Of a DNA stretch of 64,000 nt, positions 41,977-51,028 are shown piece by piece. A program made the position numbers and the translations under genes. The stretch covers positions 42,199-106,198 of the forward strand of contig CALXTF010000001.1 in NCBI GenBank assembly GCA_944391335.1. The letters are read 5' to 3'. The notes beneath the pieces were generated by a model. It made no database searches. It had not been told where the DNA came from and saw nothing but the letters and a program-made list of their open reading frames with translations. The first letter of the stretch is position 1, and each line of letters starts with the position of its first letter. This DNA comes from an uncultured Alphaproteobacteria bacterium (GTDB lineage Bacteria; Pseudomonadota; Alphaproteobacteria; RF32; CAG-239).

Positions 41977-42064
41977 AGATTTGCTCCTTTATATTCTAAA
42001 TTTCTACATTTTAATTAGGAATTGAATTTTTCAATGTCAAGAAAAAGTCATAAATTTTTTAATA

Positions 42065-42097
42065 AAAAATATCGAAGATTAAATCTTCGATATTTTT
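42065..42097. terminator. Palindromic rho-independent terminator downstream of the ion-channel gene
   Basis: Perfect ATATCGAAGAT-TAA-ATCTTCGATAT palindrome flanked by A6 and T5. Confidence 0.65.
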
Positions 42098-42108
42098 AAG
42101 GGAAATAT

Positions 42109-42822
42109 TTAAAGTTTTGATGATATTTTAAATTCCTTATGCACCATCATTGAAATTACGCTTAAGAAAAAACTTGTGATAATTAAAAAAGATATCATTA
42201 TAAAACTAAAAAAGAATATCCAAGCGTATGGAAAAATCGTCATAACCGGTCGCGCGATATTACTTATCCAACCATCAAGGCTAAAGGTTTGCACTAAAGC
42301 AAATAATGCTGATGGTAAATCGGAAAATTCAATAAATATATCACCAAAAATCCATACGGCTATTATCGCGTACATATACATAAATAACCCCATAACAACA
42401 AATAATGCGGCAAAATTGGGCAATATTGTTATCATAATGTTGATTAAATTTTCCATAGGTTTTAGACGTTTGATATAACGTAATAAACGAAACAATCTAA
42501 ATGTGCGGAGAACTATTAAATAACTGGTGATTGGTAAAGAAGATATTGTTATTACAATAAGATCAAATACATTCCAACCTGATTTAAAAAAGTTTGATCC
42601 ATAAGCGTATATTTTTATTAACATTTCCGCAATAAATATTGCCATACAAAGACGATCAAGAAAAAATAAAACAACTGTTAAAGAAGGAATATTAAGATCT
42701 ATTGTTAATAGACCTAAAGCTACGGCATCCATGCAAATTAAAAACATAATCAAATAATCAAAATTTTTATCTTCAACAACTGTTTGTGCTTTTTTTCGTT
42801 CATTTAATATATTTTTTATCAT
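42109..42822 (-). CDS. Voltage-gated ion channel, BacNav-like (single 6-TM domain)
   Basis: S4 voltage sensor 'FRLFRLLRYIKRLK' and a pore region 'LVQTFSLDGWIS' aligning with the BacNav 'TLESW' filter. 237 aa. Confidence 0.7.
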   Translation of the reverse strand: MIKNILNERKKAQTVVEDKNFDYLIMFLICMDAVALGLLTIDLNIPSLTVVLFFLDRLCMAIFIAEMLIKIYAYGSNFFKSGWNVFDLIVITISSLPITSYLIVLRTFRLFRLLRYIKRLKPMENLINIMITILPNFAALFVVMGLFMYMYAIIAVWIFGDIFIEFSDLPSALFALVQTFSLDGWISNIARPVMTIFPYAWIFFFSFIMISFLIITSFFLSVISMMVHKEFKISSKL

Positions 42823-42834
42823 TTCTTTTTTCCT

Positions 42835-43509
42835 TTAGTAAAGCCATAACAAGACAATAATAGCTGAGATTGAAAGTGAAGGACCAAATGCGCCGACTCG
42901 TTGATGGCGGAAAATGGAATATAATCCAAAAAGTAAACATGAAAGTAAAATTGTATATATTATTCCTTCCAATCCCAACCATGCTCCGATGGCTGATAAT
43001 AATTTTATATCACCACCGCCAAATGCGTCAATACTTCGCCATAGCATCATCAGAGTTGCTATAACGGGTATTATGTAACCGGCCATTGCCGCACACGCAC
43101 TTTCTTCCGCTGAAATATGTGTACCTATAAATGCCGCAAAAACAAAACCGGTAATTAATAACGGTATTGTTAGAATATCCGGTAATAATAACATTTTAAA
43201 ATCAATTTCTGCCAATAACAGTAAAATAAAAATAAAAAACAAATACCATATTAAATGTTCTTCTCCCAATCGAAAATAGGATAATAGACTTAAAATTCCC
43301 ATTAAAAAACCATAAACAAGAGAGCGGGTCAGGTATTTTTTTTTCAATTGTTTGTATTTCGTGGAAAATTTGACTTTGGCAGAAATTTTATTGGGTTTTA
43401 TTAATCGATAAAGAGCATAAGCAGGTGTTGCCGGCATAAATTTCGCGAAACGACGCGCCATATAAGGAATGAGTAATCCAGCTAAAAAAGCGTATATTCC
43501 ATAAATCAT
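42835..43509 (-). CDS. A24-family prepilin peptidase (CpaA/TadV-like)
   Basis: Polytopic, with 'GGGDIKLLSAIGAWLG', matching the second catalytic-Asp motif region. Confidence 0.7.
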   Translation of the reverse strand: MIYGIYAFLAGLLIPYMARRFAKFMPATPAYALYRLIKPNKISAKVKFSTKYKQLKKKYLTRSLVYGFLMGILSLLSYFRLGEEHLIWYLFFIFILLLLAEIDFKMLLLPDILTIPLLITGFVFAAFIGTHISAEESACAAMAGYIIPVIATLMMLWRSIDAFGGGDIKLLSAIGAWLGLEGIIYTILLSCLLFGLYSIFRHQRVGAFGPSLSISAIIVLLWLY

Positions 43510-43573
43510 TATTGCCCCGCTGTTAAATTTTGCAGAATATTTTATTATCTAACAATTAAAGGCTAAAAAATAA

Positions 43574-44278
43574 TTAAGATATTATTTTTTCATAAAATTC
43601 TTGATAATTGCTGCATGATAAATAAGGATTACAAATTTTTTCTTCGCCTAATGTAAAAGGAGCTGTTGGTATACCTTGGCTTAATCTTTCTTTTACTTTT
43701 GCCGCATAACGTTCTCCTGTCGGTCCGTAAAGACTGTTTAATCCATAAACGGCATATTCATGCCCAGGATAAAATAAAACATCATCAGGTAATTTTTTTA
43801 TTTTTTGTAAGCTATGCCACATTTGTTCGGCTGTTCCTTCAAAAAGTCCGCCAACTGCAAGATTAAATAAAATATCGCCGGTAAATAAATTTTTTTCAGA
43901 TGGAAAATACCATAAAATATGACCAACGGCATGTCCTTCGGCACTTATTATGTGAGCTTTACTATTACCTAAATTAAAAATATCTCCTTCTTCAAGACCT
44001 ATGTCTGCAGAAGGAATGATATTTAAATCATTTATACTAACAACAATTTTAGAATTATATTTATCTTTTATTTCTTTATTGCCTTCTATATGATCAAAAT
44101 GATGATGTGTATTTAAAATATATACCGGTTTGATATTTTGTTTTTCACATTCTTTTATTACCGGTTCGGCTTCTGAGGGATCAAGCACGGCGGATATATT
44201 GGTTTGTTTATCAATTAAAAGATAAGCATAATTGTCCATTTTTCCTGCTCGGCATAATATAGGGATAATTTTTAACAT
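43574..44278 (-). CDS. gloB: Hydroxyacylglutathione hydrolase (glyoxalase II)
   Basis: Metallo-beta-lactamase 'HHHFDH' motif. 234 aa. Confidence 0.8.
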   Translation of the reverse strand: MLKIIPILCRAGKMDNYAYLLIDKQTNISAVLDPSEAEPVIKECEKQNIKPVYILNTHHHFDHIEGNKEIKDKYNSKIVVSINDLNIIPSADIGLEEGDIFNLGNSKAHIISAEGHAVGHILWYFPSEKNLFTGDILFNLAVGGLFEGTAEQMWHSLQKIKKLPDDVLFYPGHEYAVYGLNSLYGPTGERYAAKVKERLSQGIPTAPFTLGEEKICNPYLSCSNYQEFYEKIIS

Positions 44279-44280
44279 GA

Positions 44281-45201
44281 TTATTTTTTCTCTTTCAAAA
44301 ATTGATTGATACTGCCCAGTGAGGCTTCATCAATATTAACTAAATCATAAAAAGTTATTATATAGCTAATCAAACCGGCGTAATTTTGCAAGGGTGAACC
44401 TAAAACCATATTATAAACCATTGCATTGCCTCGAAGCGGACTATTGTGGTTGCGGCGATGTTGTCGAAGTTCTCTAAAACTCTTAAAATTAATATCACTA
44501 TTTAATTTTAAAGCATATTCTTCCATTGCCGCTAATAAAGAAGGATAAATTTTTATTCGGTAACTATCATCTTTATCTTCAAGTGGTTTTATTCCTTCTT
44601 CTGTATGCCATATTTTCCATTTATATAGAGAATTTCCCAGTTTAACTTCCCGAGCCGTACCCCAATTACTTTCGGCTGCCGCAATAGCTATAAGAAAAGA
44701 CGGCGGTATTTCATCAACTCGTATTAAAAGTTCATTTAATATAATTTCATAACGTTCTTGGTCTTGCATTCGGGTAAAAATATCATATTTTTTTGCCATT
44801 TCTTCTAGTTTTTGTTTTTCTTCTTCTGTTAGGTCTTTTTTTTCTTCAAGATGTTCTTTTATTGATAAAAGCGGATAACGTTCAAGTATAATTTTTTCAT
44901 TAACATATAAAGCCAATGGAGCTAAAATCTGAATAAATAAACGGTTGCGTAAACTTTTATCTTTTAGATCACCAAAATCTTGAGGTAAGTTTTCAAAAAA
45001 TAAAGGAGGATATTTCCAATCAGGCATATAAATATAGTCTTTATATCCATAGTTGTTGAAAATATTTTGGGTTATTTTAAGAGATGCGTTGCTGATAAAA
45101 ATTCCTTCCGCTTCAATTTTCATATCAAATTTGTTATTTGCGTATGTTTTTGGGGAAATAAACAGAAAACACAGTAATAATATTGCGATAGCTTTTTTCA
45201 T
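44281..45201 (-). CDS. Secreted glucosaminidase-domain (FlgJ/Bax-like) peptidoglycan hydrolase
   Basis: Signal peptide plus 'FLIAIAAAESNWG', matching the glucosaminidase domain signature. Confidence 0.6.
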   Translation of the reverse strand: MKKAIAILLLCFLFISPKTYANNKFDMKIEAEGIFISNASLKITQNIFNNYGYKDYIYMPDWKYPPLFFENLPQDFGDLKDKSLRNRLFIQILAPLALYVNEKIILERYPLLSIKEHLEEKKDLTEEEKQKLEEMAKKYDIFTRMQDQERYEIILNELLIRVDEIPPSFLIAIAAAESNWGTAREVKLGNSLYKWKIWHTEEGIKPLEDKDDSYRIKIYPSLLAAMEEYALKLNSDINFKSFRELRQHRRNHNSPLRGNAMVYNMVLGSPLQNYAGLISYIITFYDLVNIDEASLGSINQFLKEKK

Positions 45202-45738
45202 TTATTTCTCATATTTTTCTACAGAAACGACTTCTTTTATATAGGTTTTTAGAAGGCGTTCGACACCTTCTTTTAATGTTTGTTGAGAATAAGGACAGCC
45301 GACACATTTTCCTTGCAATTCAACATAGACTATTCCGTCAACAAAGCTGTGAAAAATTATATCTCCGCCATCATTGCGAATCGCCGGCCGAATACGCGCA
45401 TCTATTAAACCGGATATATTTGCTATTATATCATCGAGATTTTTTTGTTTTTCAATAGACGCGGCTATTTCGCCACTTGATAAAATATCCATGATTTCTG
45501 CTAATATTTGAGGTTTTAAATCTTCCCATGTTGTTTGAGGTTCTTTTGTTACCGATAGACAATCCGGTGTAATAACAATTGATTTTATTCCTCCAAGATC
45601 AAAAATATTTTCTGCCAACGGTGAACGGCGTAAGGATTTTTGATTTGTAAATTCCATACTATTTGCAACAGGAAAACCTGATTCCGTAAAAAAATGCATA
45701 ATATCGCTATTAGCAGATAATTGTGTTTCAATTTTCAT
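45202..45738 (-). CDS. Nfu/NifU-type Fe-S cluster scaffold protein
   Basis: C-terminal 'LQGKCVGCPYSQQTL' CxxC motif. Confidence 0.75.
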   Translation of the reverse strand: MKIETQLSANSDIMHFFTESGFPVANSMEFTNQKSLRRSPLAENIFDLGGIKSIVITPDCLSVTKEPQTTWEDLKPQILAEIMDILSSGEIAASIEKQKNLDDIIANISGLIDARIRPAIRNDGGDIIFHSFVDGIVYVELQGKCVGCPYSQQTLKEGVERLLKTYIKEVVSVEKYEK

Positions 45739-46735
45739 TTAAGGAGACTCCTTTAATTTCTGTACATATCTGTTCAAGAATATTTGAACTATATAACATA
45801 TAATAGCCAAGGGTGATTAAATGATTTGCCGCCAGATAGGAATCAAGTTTGCCGTTTCTGACGATTAAAGGGTTTAGAGCTACGGCGTCTTCAATAGTTC
45901 GAATGGCGTGCGTCCAATTTTCATATTGTTTTTTTTCAAGTAAAATTTGTTTAAAATCTGTTCCCATAGCTTTTAAAATTATCATATAAGCGTATAATTT
46001 ACCTTGATTAAAATAAAATAAATCATCAGCTTGATTATCTATCCAGTTAGAACTATGTTCGATTATTTGTTTATCAATTTTTAAAGCTGTTTTATTTAGG
46101 TCTTTACGAATAGCGTTTATGAGGTCATATAAATTTTTTTCGTTTCGATCCCAAAGACATTGTTGAGTTTGTAAAAGTTGATTATAATCTTTAAGTAATT
46201 TTCGTGCTTTTTTATATTGACTGGAAGAAGAAGGAGCGATTTTTATATTATTTTCAGAAGAAAAAAGCCATATATTGCCAGGGTATTTTAAAAGAGCGGC
46301 GGCATTGGTTATTGTTGTTTTTTCATTATTATCGTTAGGGCATATGGATTGTTTATCAATAATAGAGGCGGTGATTGAAAGGGCTTCAATTATTCCTTGT
46401 TGGAAGTTAGGCATATTATCTAAGAAATAAGATGGAAAGAATAAAGGAAGATTTGCTGTCCACAGATGTTCATTGACTTCTCGATTAATAAGAAAGGCCA
46501 TGGTTTCTATGGTTAAGGATTGTTGTTGTGATTCTAAAGTTATATTGTAATCTGTTGTTTTATCTATATTTTCGCTTAAATATCCGCCAAGAGGATAATA
46601 AGAAAGTACAAGTAATATTGCTATACCGGCAAAAGCTTTTGGCCAGGACACGGCGGTATAATGGATTCCTTTCCACAAGAACAGCAATCCTTTTTTTAAG
46701 AAAAATCCTATTTTTATTGCTATGTTTTTAAGCAT
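45728..46735 (-). CDS. Hypothetical membrane-anchored protein
   Basis: One N-terminal transmembrane helix; the rest is hydrophilic. No motif recognised. Confidence 0.4.
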   Translation of the reverse strand: MLKNIAIKIGFFLKKGLLFLWKGIHYTAVSWPKAFAGIAILLVLSYYPLGGYLSENIDKTTDYNITLESQQQSLTIETMAFLINREVNEHLWTANLPLFFPSYFLDNMPNFQQGIIEALSITASIIDKQSICPNDNNEKTTITNAAALLKYPGNIWLFSSENNIKIAPSSSSQYKKARKLLKDYNQLLQTQQCLWDRNEKNLYDLINAIRKDLNKTALKIDKQIIEHSSNWIDNQADDLFYFNQGKLYAYMIILKAMGTDFKQILLEKKQYENWTHAIRTIEDAVALNPLIVRNGKLDSYLAANHLITLGYYMLYSSNILEQICTEIKGVSLNEN

Positions 46736-48311
46736 GATTATCCTTTCTTTTTAGCAGATATTTGATTAATTCAATTATATCCATTACATTCATTAGTTTA
46801 GCCATAAAACAAAAAGTTACAACACCAAAAAAACATAAACAGCTAAAAAGTATCAGTTTTGACCATAAAGAAAATTTTAGCCATGGTCCTATTTGCAGGT
46901 TAAGCCAATAATTTGCGCAGAACAAAGCAATTCCCATTATCAATGAGCAAATTATGACTTTAAAGATAAAGAAAGTAAGTTTTTTAGAAAATTTCCATAA
47001 TCCGTGTTTTTTTAATCCATGCGCATATTGATAGAAAGAAACAAAAGCTGCCAGAGATGTTGCTGTTGCAATACCGACGTGTCCGAAAGGTTTCATTAGG
47101 AGCAAAGAGAAAACAAGATTTGCTAAAAGGGCGACAATGCTATATTTAACGGGAGTTTTTGTATCGCCGCGTGCGAAGAAATTTGGTGTCATAGCTTTTA
47201 CCATAACATAAACGGGCAGACTTACGGTGTAAGCAATAACGGCTTGTGCCGTCATAGTTGTTTCTAATATACCGAATCGGCCACGTTCAAATAGGATATT
47301 AATGATTGGTTCTGCAAGAACAATAATAGCAACGGCGGCGGGTATAGATAATAAAGCACCATATTCGATAGCTTTATCTTGAGTTTTTTGAGCTTCTTCG
47401 GTATTTTGAGCTTTAAGCTGGCGGGAGAGGACGGGTAATAAAGCGACTCCGATGGCGGCACCGACGACGCCCAAAGGCAATTGTTGCAGCCGATTAGCAT
47501 AATAAAGCCATGAGATAGCACCGGTACCGACTAAAGATACTAATATAGTATCGACCATCATATTGATTTGGTAGACGCCGGCACCGACAACTCCGGGAGC
47601 GATTCTTTTAAATAATGTTTTTATGTCTTTATCTTTTAATATATTTGGAATTTGGTATTGTAAGGAAATTTTTACGCCTTCGCGGCGAAGGAAGTAATTA
47701 AGCCATATAATTTCCAATATTCCTGCGAGAGTGACGCCGATTGCGATACGATAGACAGGAGTATTGATAAATGGTGCAAATATCCAAACAGAAGCGATCA
47801 TGGTCAGATTAAGAATTACCGGAGCGGAGGCGGGGGCTGCGAATTTACCAAAGGAATTAAGAATTCCTGATTGAAAGGAAACGATAGAGACAAGGAGTAA
47901 AAAAGGGAAAGTTATTCTTGATAAAAAAGAAGCCAATTCTATTTTACCGCTGTCATCAATAAATCCCGGTGCTAAAATGACGACGATATAAGGCATAAAG
48001 AATTCCATTAACAGCACAAAAAAGCCGAGGATGAATATTAATACGGAAATAGCTTGAGCTGCGAATTTTACGGCTTTTGTGTGATTTTTATCGACCAGTT
48101 TTTGTGAGAACAAAGGAACGAAAGCTGAACTAAAAGCTCCTTCTGCGAATAAGCTGCGAAAGAGGTTGGGTAATTTAAAAGCAACGAAAAAAGCGTCAGA
48201 AACAACACCGGCGCCAAGATAGTTTGCAAGAACCATATCTCTAAAGAAGCCGGTGAAACGACTGATAAGCGTCCAGCCGCCAAAGGTGGCAATTGATCGG
48301 AACAAAGACAT
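46728..48311 (-). CDS. murJ: Lipid II flippase MurJ (MviN)
   Basis: 527 aa, polytopic, with an MviN-like N-terminus 'FRDMVLANYLGAG'. Confidence 0.85.
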   Translation of the reverse strand: MSLFRSIATFGGWTLISRFTGFFRDMVLANYLGAGVVSDAFFVAFKLPNLFRSLFAEGAFSSAFVPLFSQKLVDKNHTKAVKFAAQAISVLIFILGFFVLLMEFFMPYIVVILAPGFIDDSGKIELASFLSRITFPFLLLVSIVSFQSGILNSFGKFAAPASAPVILNLTMIASVWIFAPFINTPVYRIAIGVTLAGILEIIWLNYFLRREGVKISLQYQIPNILKDKDIKTLFKRIAPGVVGAGVYQINMMVDTILVSLVGTGAISWLYYANRLQQLPLGVVGAAIGVALLPVLSRQLKAQNTEEAQKTQDKAIEYGALLSIPAAVAIIVLAEPIINILFERGRFGILETTMTAQAVIAYTVSLPVYVMVKAMTPNFFARGDTKTPVKYSIVALLANLVFSLLLMKPFGHVGIATATSLAAFVSFYQYAHGLKKHGLWKFSKKLTFFIFKVIICSLIMGIALFCANYWLNLQIGPWLKFSLWSKLILFSCLCFFGVVTFCFMAKLMNVMDIIELIKYLLKRKDNHA

Positions 48312-48426
48312 TTTTAAAGCCTGTTTTTTATTTGTGTTTATTTTTTTAATTAACGGTATTATAAGCTATTAATTATAGAAAGCCAACTTGATTTTCATTA
48401 AAATAAATTTTTATGCATTTTTTTTG

Positions 48427-48455
48427 TTGACAAAACATTTTATTGTTGAGATAAT
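48427..48455 (+). promoter_or_regulatory. Sigma-70 promoter with extended -10 for the 88-aa ORF
   Basis: TTGACA (48427-48432), 17-bp spacer, TGaGATAAT (extended -10, 48447-48455), then AAGGAG Shine-Dalgarno 8 nt before the ATG. Confidence 0.6.
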
Positions 48456-48490
48456 AGACAAAAGAAAAGAAAAATGAAGGAGATTACTTT

Positions 48491-48757
48491 ATGGGAAAAA
48501 TATTAAATCCAAAAATGGCTTCTAATGTTTTTGGTAAAAAAGGAGAAGCTCATGATTTTATGGAAAAAGGCGGTGTTAAATATTTAAGCAACGGATCTGC
48601 AAAGCAAGTGGATTCCAATAGAGTTTTTGTTGGTGAACTAACGCATGGTAATACGGAAAAGGTTGATTTACAGAAAGCATATGCTATGGTTAATGCTGCT
48701 GATAAGGAAGTTTTAAGCGGTGTTATGTCTTTGATGAAAGAGAATTTATCTCGATAA
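48491..48757 (+). CDS. Hypothetical 88-aa soluble protein with full expression signals
   Basis: Consensus promoter, consensus Shine-Dalgarno, and a terminator hairpin at 48781-48815. No family recognised. Confidence 0.6.
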   Translation: MGKILNPKMASNVFGKKGEAHDFMEKGGVKYLSNGSAKQVDSNRVFVGELTHGNTEKVDLQKAYAMVNAADKEVLSGVMSLMKENLSR

Positions 48758-48777
48758 AGAAGTTGATTGTTAGAGAA

Positions 48778-48815
48778 ATAAAAGGCTTTGAGAATTCAAA
48801 GCCTTTTATTTTTTG
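48778..48815 (+). terminator. Rho-independent terminator after the 88-aa ORF
   Basis: AAAGGCTTTG-AGAATTC-AAAGCCTTT hairpin followed by a T-run. Confidence 0.7.
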
Positions 48816-48932
48816 ATTTAATAGCAGAATTTTTGAAAATAAAGCGGATAAGATTTTAAGAGTAAATAATATTTTTATATTAAAGCGCAAAAAAAACCTC
48901 CGTGAGGAGGTTTTAATATTTTTAGAAATCTG

Positions 48933-49292
48933 TTAAGCTTTTTTTGCTGCTTTTTTAGCAATACGAGCGGGTGTATTTCTAGGAGTTTTACGAGCAGCAG
49001 GTTTTTCTGATGGTCCTTTTTTACAAGCGACGGCTTTTTTAATTTTTAAAGCTTTATCAGTTAATTTATTTGCGGAAGTAGATTCCAAATAAGAATCCAA
49101 GCCGCCGTTATGTTCGATTGAACGCAACGTTTTAGAACAGATTTTTAATTTAAAGACCTTATTTAGTGTTTCGCTAAAAAGAGAAACAACTTGTAAGTTC
49201 GGCATAAAACGACGGCGATTATGATTATTAGCGTGACTAACGTTATTTCCGCTCATAACACCGATGCCGGTAATGTCGCATTTTTTTACCAT
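48933..49292 (-). CDS. rpmB: 50S ribosomal protein L28 with a Lys/Ala/Pro-rich C-terminal extension
   Basis: N-terminal 'MVKKCDITG...GNNVSHANNHNRRRFMPNL' is the L28 core. A roughly 25-aa basic tail follows. Confidence 0.85.
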   Translation of the reverse strand: MVKKCDITGIGVMSGNNVSHANNHNRRRFMPNLQVVSLFSETLNKVFKLKICSKTLRSIEHNGGLDSYLESTSANKLTDKALKIKKAVACKKGPSEKPAARKTPRNTPARIAKKAAKKA

Positions 49293-49430
49293 TATTTTAT
49301 CCTCAAAAATAAACTCGTTGCTTGTTAATAGACATACTTAATTTAAAAGTCAAGAATTATTTAATAAAATTAAAAAAAATGTAGAAATTTTTTTGAATAT
49401 GTATTATGGATATTAATCAATTAATGTTAT

Positions 49431-49507
49431 GTACCCGTAGCTCAGTTGGATAGAGTGTTGGCCTCCGACGCCAAAGGTCATGGGTTCGAATCCCTTCGGG
49501 TACGCCA
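49431..49507 (+). tRNA. tRNA-Arg (anticodon CCG)
   Basis: Folded by hand: acceptor GTACCCG/CGGGTAC, anticodon stem TTGGC/GCCAA with loop CTCCGAC, T-loop TTCGAAT, encoded CCA. One U-U mismatch in the T-stem. Confidence 0.85.
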
Positions 49508-49555
49508 TATTGATATGAGTCTGGTTTATTTTCGTTTTGTGGGTGTTGAATAAGA

Positions 49556-49595
49556 ACAAAAACCCTTCCGTCTTTTAAGACGGAAGGGTTTTTGT
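49556..49595. terminator. Strong bidirectional rho-independent terminator after tRNA-Arg
   Basis: Perfect 19-bp stem ACAAAAACCCTTCCGTCTT / AAGACGGAAGGGTTTTTGT with a TTAA loop. Confidence 0.8.
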
Positions 49596-49608
49596 TATGC
49601 AAGAAACA

Positions 49609-50859
49609 TTAATCTTCATATAATAGTAAAAAATTTCTATTAAATTCTAATGTTTCTTCAGCAAAATCTACGGTAAAAAACCAGTCAACATTCATATGAT
49701 ACGGATAACGATCATTGCTGTTATATTCCCAATCACCAAAAACAACAGATAATTGTGGATTGCTATAGCTGTAAGATGGCATTTCATAGGTGATAAACTC
49801 ATCTTGATAAACCGCTATCTCATAAACTAAACCAACTTCTATATCATCAATAATAGAATTGGTTGGTTTTTCCCATGTTTTAGCTGTCATATTGTCCACA
49901 TATTGCGTTATAGAAAATTTATCATCTTCTCTTTTCCCTATTTCTCGTTTGTAAGAAAGAGGTTGTAGTTCATAGATAAAATCAGTTTTATCTAGCAAAA
50001 AAGAGGGTACTGTGTTTGTTATTCCAATAATACCAACTGAATCTGTTAAGATGATTTCCTTTTTAACACGTTTTGTTCCGCTTATGGACCATGTTTGCTC
50101 AATTTCGATCCAAGAAGTTGTTTTACCAAAGTTTTCGCCTGTCTTGTTAAAGCTGAGACCTTCGTTGACGACTTTACTGGCAATAAGCTTGTCTTGACCG
50201 TCGGCGGGTTTTTTCAGCACAATTTCCGCCGAGGCTGTGTAGCTTTTTCCGTTAACTGTTGCCGTAATTGAATGTGTACACAATTTTCGTTCATAAATGA
50301 TTCCGTTTTCGCTATTTTCTTCCAGATCGCTTAAACTGTATCCGTTGTCAACGATATTCTCAAATTTGTGATATGGCATGGTTTGTATGGTATAACCGTC
50401 ATTATATACGGCGACTTGATAAACCAGCTCATAATCAAAAGAGAAGTTGGCGTAAGCCACGCTACAGCGTAAAACAGAATCGGTGAGGGTGACATATTCA
50501 TCACTTTGTCTGCTTTCTTTGGCATCATAGGTAAAAGAGATTTTCCCTTCGCCCATGCTCCAGTCGGAAACTTCAATTTCTTGATCGACATTGTTTAAGT
50601 TGTTGTTAAGGGTGACCGAAATTTTGTTTTCAAATGCGGATCGAGTGTATCCACTGACAATAATCCACGAATCGTAGCTAAAAGTGGTTCCGTTGTCATC
50701 TGTTTGGACTTTAACATTGGCGTCCATGCCTTGATCAATAACTTCACTTTCAACGACTTTGTTTTGCAGAGGTTCTTCTTTTTCGCAAGAAACAAGAGAA
50801 ATCGCACCGGTAAGCATGACAGCTGCTGTCATGACAAACCAAAATTTGTTTGTTTTCAT
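49609..50859 (-). CDS. Hypothetical lipoprotein with an internal domain duplication
   Basis: Lipobox 'LVSC' after the signal peptide. The repeat 'LVYQVAVYNDGYTIQTMPY' is matched by 'LVYEIAVYQDEFITYEMPSY'. The 5' half is noticeably more GC-rich than the surrounding genome. Confidence 0.55.
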   Translation of the reverse strand: MKTNKFWFVMTAAVMLTGAISLVSCEKEEPLQNKVVESEVIDQGMDANVKVQTDDNGTTFSYDSWIIVSGYTRSAFENKISVTLNNNLNNVDQEIEVSDWSMGEGKISFTYDAKESRQSDEYVTLTDSVLRCSVAYANFSFDYELVYQVAVYNDGYTIQTMPYHKFENIVDNGYSLSDLEENSENGIIYERKLCTHSITATVNGKSYTASAEIVLKKPADGQDKLIASKVVNEGLSFNKTGENFGKTTSWIEIEQTWSISGTKRVKKEIILTDSVGIIGITNTVPSFLLDKTDFIYELQPLSYKREIGKREDDKFSITQYVDNMTAKTWEKPTNSIIDDIEVGLVYEIAVYQDEFITYEMPSYSYSNPQLSVVFGDWEYNSNDRYPYHMNVDWFFTVDFAEETLEFNRNFLLLYED

Positions 50860-51028
50860 AAGATAAAAAATTTAAAAGTTTAACATATTTTTTTCAAAAT
50901 GATAAAACCAACATTTCCGATTTTTTCGGTCTACTCTTAATTATTAATAATAAATATACATAATTGGTAGATAATAATTTGGTTTGAAATCTAAAGTAAT
51001 CCTTTTTATAAAAGAAAACAATCTTTTT

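Noticed and set aside
42065-42097. Perfect 11-bp palindrome upstream of groES considered as a CIRCE/HrcA operator.
   Set aside because: The sequence (ATATCGAAGAT-TAA-ATCTTCGATAT) does not match the CIRCE consensus TTAGCACTC-N9-GAGTGCTAA. It is flanked by A- and T-runs and sits at the 3' end of the ion-channel gene, so a terminator is the simpler reading.
49417-49602. 61-aa minus-strand ORF from the ORF track.
   Set aside because: It fully overlaps tRNA-Arg and its terminator, so it is a spurious antisense frame.
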